Source of the DNA: a virus | Taxonomy: Duplodnaviria; Caudoviricetes | Direction: 5' to 3' (one strand) | Virus record (IMG/VR): IMGVR_UViG_3300037524_001078 | Coordinates: 1-37,205 of that record | Length of the DNA: 37,205 nt | Shown: positions 34,439-37,205 of the stretch, piece by piece | Numbering within the stretch: the stretch's first letter is position 1 | How the letters are laid out: each line of letters begins with the position of its first letter | Notes under the pieces: generated by a model | What the model was told of the DNA's origin: nothing | Database searches by the model: none | The model's input: the letters and a program-made list of their open reading frames with translations, nothing else | Translations under genes and position numbers: made by a program

Positions 34439-34462
34439 CGCTTGCCTCCTTGCCTCGCGTCG

Positions 34463-34789
34463 TTACGACGCGGCCTCCACGATCGCCTTGGCTGGTGCCA
34501 CTCGAAACGCATCCTCTTCCGCCGCCTTGCCGTTGCCGGTGGACCACCAGCGGTAATACCACACGCCCGCCGAGTCGGCGTCCACGTTCATGGTGTAGAT
34601 GCCGGTGGATGACTTGTTGATTTCGGCATCCAGGCCGTACTCGTACGTGGTGGCCGTGCCATCCGGCTCGCGAATGGTGCAATAGACCTTAGTTGGGTCG
34701 ATCGCCGCATCATCGTCCAGCGGATCAGTGAACGTGCCGGTCAGTTGCACCACATCGCCCAGGTCGTATGCGTTAGCCATTGGGGTCAC
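34463..34789 (-). CDS. Ig-like virion protein
   Basis: DPT.V...I..PDGT..TY...TGIY......AGVWYYRW beta-sandwich pattern. Confidence 0.55.
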   Translation of the reverse strand: MTPMANAYDLGDVVQLTGTFTDPLDDDAAIDPTKVYCTIREPDGTATTYEYGLDAEINKSSTGIYTMNVDADSAGVWYYRWWSTGNGKAAEEDAFRVAPAKAIVEAAS

Positions 34790-35405
34790 TCATATCGGTG
34801 GAGGAAACCGCCCAGCGTCGGACGTCCGCCAACGCGACGGACCAGCGAGCCGTATCGGCGATCGCCACGTAGCCCATTGTGACGGGCCCACGCAGGCGGA
34901 CGTTGTCGCTGCTGTGCCGGTGAACCGAATCGGCAATCACCATCGCCGCGATGGAGGCCAGCGTCAGGTTGTCCGAGGCGTGTGCGTGAACCGAATCGTC
35001 GATAACGAGAATCGTGCCGGACGATAGCGTGAGGTTGTCGCTGGCGTGGGTATGAACACTGTCGTTGACGGATAAGGAGAACGTCTCGGTCAGCGTGAGA
35101 TTGTCGCTGGCGTGAGCGTGAGCACTGTCTTGAACCGCCAGAGTGCTGACGGTGGTCAGCGTCAGGTTGTCGCTGGCATGGGCGTGCAGCGAATCGTCAA
35201 TGACCAGCGTCGTGCCGGACGTCAGCGTGAGGTTGTCCGAACCGTGCGTATGCACGGAGTCCTGAACCGTCAGCGTTGAAACGGACGTCAGCGTGACGTT
35301 ATCGGAGCCGTGTGCGTGGACGGAATCTTGGATCGCCAGCGCGTTGGCGACGGAGCCGCCGCCGCCGAGCCAGTACGCCAGAAATGACCTGAATCCGCCA
35401 GCCAT
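34773..35405 (-). CDS. 22-aa HxH repeat fibre-like protein
   Basis: Seven tandem L.[IV].DS.H.H.SDN[LV].L repeats. Confidence 0.7.
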   Translation of the reverse strand: MAGGFRSFLAYWLGGGGSVANALAIQDSVHAHGSDNVTLTSVSTLTVQDSVHTHGSDNLTLTSGTTLVIDDSLHAHASDNLTLTTVSTLAVQDSAHAHASDNLTLTETFSLSVNDSVHTHASDNLTLSSGTILVIDDSVHAHASDNLTLASIAAMVIADSVHRHSSDNVRLRGPVTMGYVAIADTARWSVALADVRRWAVSSTDMSDPNG

Positions 35406-35423
35406 CGCACTCCCTTGCCGTCG

Positions 35424-37073
35424 TTACGAAGAGGCTGGATCGCTGCCGGTCACGGGATCGGCTGCAGCGTTGGTCGTAACTTCTGCCGTCCACGACGGCG
35501 TAGAGTCGTCTTCTTTCGTGACCGTGAGCGTCGTGCTGCTGATGGACCACTTGTTGCGCAGGAACCGCAGAGCCTGCCGCACGGTACGCACGGTGGCAGA
35601 GCCGGAGTCGGTCCCGGTCGACATATCGCGATTGAGGATCGCATCGGCGATTTCCGTCCCGGCGTCGGCTGCCAAAGCGTCGGCGTCGATGGCTCCGGTG
35701 GCGATCTTGTCGGCGGTGATAGCGTTCGAGGCAATCGCTCCGGCGTCGATGGCATTGTCGGCTATGGCATCCGCGTCGATCGCTCCCGTGGCGATGGCCG
35801 CGGCATTGATCGCCCCGGCTGCAAACGAGCCTGACGTGATGCCGCCGGTGGCAACGCTGCCAACAGAGCCTGTGACATTTCCGCCGACGTTGCCAGTCAC
35901 GGAACCGACAGCACCAGTTACACTCCCAACAGCACCTGTCACGCTGCCAACGGACCCAGTCACGCTACCAACCGATCCACTCAAGTTTCCGGTGATATTG
36001 GCCGTTTGGTTGCCAAGCCCAGTCGTCGCAGTCAGGCTGTATCCAGTTTTGCTGGCCGTGGCAACAACCACGCCATCAGTTCCGGTATCTGCGAGAATTG
36101 CCGGGATGCTCGTCACAGCGGCGGTGTTGAGCGAACTGGCGTCAATACGTGTCGCGTCGTCGACGATGTACGAAAGAATCTCCGCATCCACATCCGCGGC
36201 GAAGGTTGCCGCGTCGATGGCCCCGTTGGCAATGGCGGCCGCGTCGATCGCACCGGCCGCGAACGAAGCTGCGACAATGCCTCCGGTAGCGACACTTCCG
36301 ACAGAGCCCGTCACATTTCCGCTCACGCTGCCAACGGACCCACTCAAGTTTCCGGTGATATTCGCCGTCTGATTGCCCAATCCGGTCGTGGCAGTCAGGC
36401 TGTAGCCGGTTTTCGAGGCAGCCGCCACCACTACCCCGTCCGTTCCCGTATCGACCAAGATGGAATCCACAACCGTATCGACCGTGTCGATCAACGTCTT
36501 GAGTGCCGAATTGCCATACGTGCCACTGTTGACAATGGCGTACGAGTCGCCGGTCTGGGCGGTGCTCGTGGAGGCGGTTCCGACGCTGGCTAGGACCGTA
36601 ACGCCTGCGGAACAGGTGATGCTCTGGGTCTTGATCGTATCGAGGTCCGTCTTGAGCCGTACCGTCCCGCCCGCGTACCCGGTGCCGTCGAACATCGCCT
36701 TGAGGTTCGTGACCGAGGTGGAGTCGTCGAAGAAGTCCTCTAGGGCGTCGGCTGCGGCGGTGTCGCCGCTGATCGCACCCACGTCCACAGTCCCTGCAAC
36801 CGCCGTCGCACTCGTCACCACCGTCGCGCAAGCGGGAATGCAGCCCGTCTTGTACGCGATGACCGTGAAGCTCGTATAGTTCGTCTCGCCCTGTGTCGGA
36901 GTGTAGTGAACGATACCTTCCTCGTAGGCGGTCGTACCAGAACCGGCGGATGCCGCTTCGCCTTGCGGTCGCACCTTAATCGACACACCACTTGCCTGCA
37001 CTGCACCGTCACTGATCTGCACGACAGGACCAATGGCGATCCGTTCGGGAGAAGCCGCATTGCGTGGATACAT
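35424..37073 (-). CDS. Repeat-rich virion (fibre/decoration) protein
   Basis: GSVGSVT and AIDA.AIA repeats, with an internal ~70-aa duplication. GGAGG RBS. Confidence 0.65.
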   Translation of the reverse strand: MYPRNAASPERIAIGPVVQISDGAVQASGVSIKVRPQGEAASAGSGTTAYEEGIVHYTPTQGETNYTSFTVIAYKTGCIPACATVVTSATAVAGTVDVGAISGDTAAADALEDFFDDSTSVTNLKAMFDGTGYAGGTVRLKTDLDTIKTQSITCSAGVTVLASVGTASTSTAQTGDSYAIVNSGTYGNSALKTLIDTVDTVVDSILVDTGTDGVVVAAASKTGYSLTATTGLGNQTANITGNLSGSVGSVSGNVTGSVGSVATGGIVAASFAAGAIDAAAIANGAIDAATFAADVDAEILSYIVDDATRIDASSLNTAAVTSIPAILADTGTDGVVVATASKTGYSLTATTGLGNQTANITGNLSGSVGSVTGSVGSVTGAVGSVTGAVGSVTGNVGGNVTGSVGSVATGGITSGSFAAGAINAAAIATGAIDADAIADNAIDAGAIASNAITADKIATGAIDADALAADAGTEIADAILNRDMSTGTDSGSATVRTVRQALRFLRNKWSISSTTLTVTKEDDSTPSWTAEVTTNAAADPVTGSDPASS

Positions 37074-37205
37074 CTAAAGAACTCCTCCACCAATGGTTTG
37101 TTGTCGGCGTGCCGCCCATGCGGCCAGAAATGTTGGAGTGGCCCCACCCGTTTCGATCCCCCAGAACCGCCTGCGTGGCGGGACGATCAGTCCGGAGAGC
37201 ATCAC

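Noticed and set aside
33031-34682. Long ORF calls 33031-33969 and 33381-34682
   Set aside because: Their N-terminal parts overlap the adaptor gene in other frames. The real genes probably start at 33381 and 33728.
35800-36460. Duplicated DNA segments as a DGR template/variable repeat pair
   Set aside because: Both copies are in frame within one gene, differences are mostly synonymous and not adenine-specific, and no reverse transcriptase is present in the window.

Overview
This is a ~37 kb segment of a GC-rich tailed phage or prophage with a long non-contractile-tail gene layout. Almost all genes are on the - strand, so transcription runs right to left. The host may be a planctomycete, inferred only from the csrA-like and rimI-like cargo. 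Reading right to left: (1) head-tail joining, tail and tape-measure genes (37.1-21.2 kb), with duplicated tail-tube and tail-chaperone paralogues; (2) a ~10.5 kb cassette of glycosyltransferases, methyltransferases, a radical SAM enzyme and nucleotide-metabolism genes (21.2-10.6 kb); (3) a + strand tyrosine recombinase divergent from tRNA-Arg(ACG); (4) an HTH/Xis-like gene, csrA, a PolB-type exonuclease, a Sak4-like ATPase, an SSB-like gene and RecD2. The standout is the left end (1-2250). A solo RAMP/Cas7-like gene (886-1455), preceded by HNH and thermonuclease genes, sits among five non-coding tracts with a strict 5-nt period (GGY-NN on the - strand). The three complete downstream tracts each end in a - strand hairpin (UUCG or GAAA tetraloop, or G-U-rich stem). 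This looks like a non-CRISPR, repeat-encoded RNA-guided system in which the variable dinucleotides carry the guide information. It resembles my recollection of the recently reported phage VIPR systems, which needs checking. Two further candidate structured ncRNAs were found (5162-5458 and 9214-9299), plus a family of phage promoters with 16-bp spacers. All product calls come from motif reading, not database searches.
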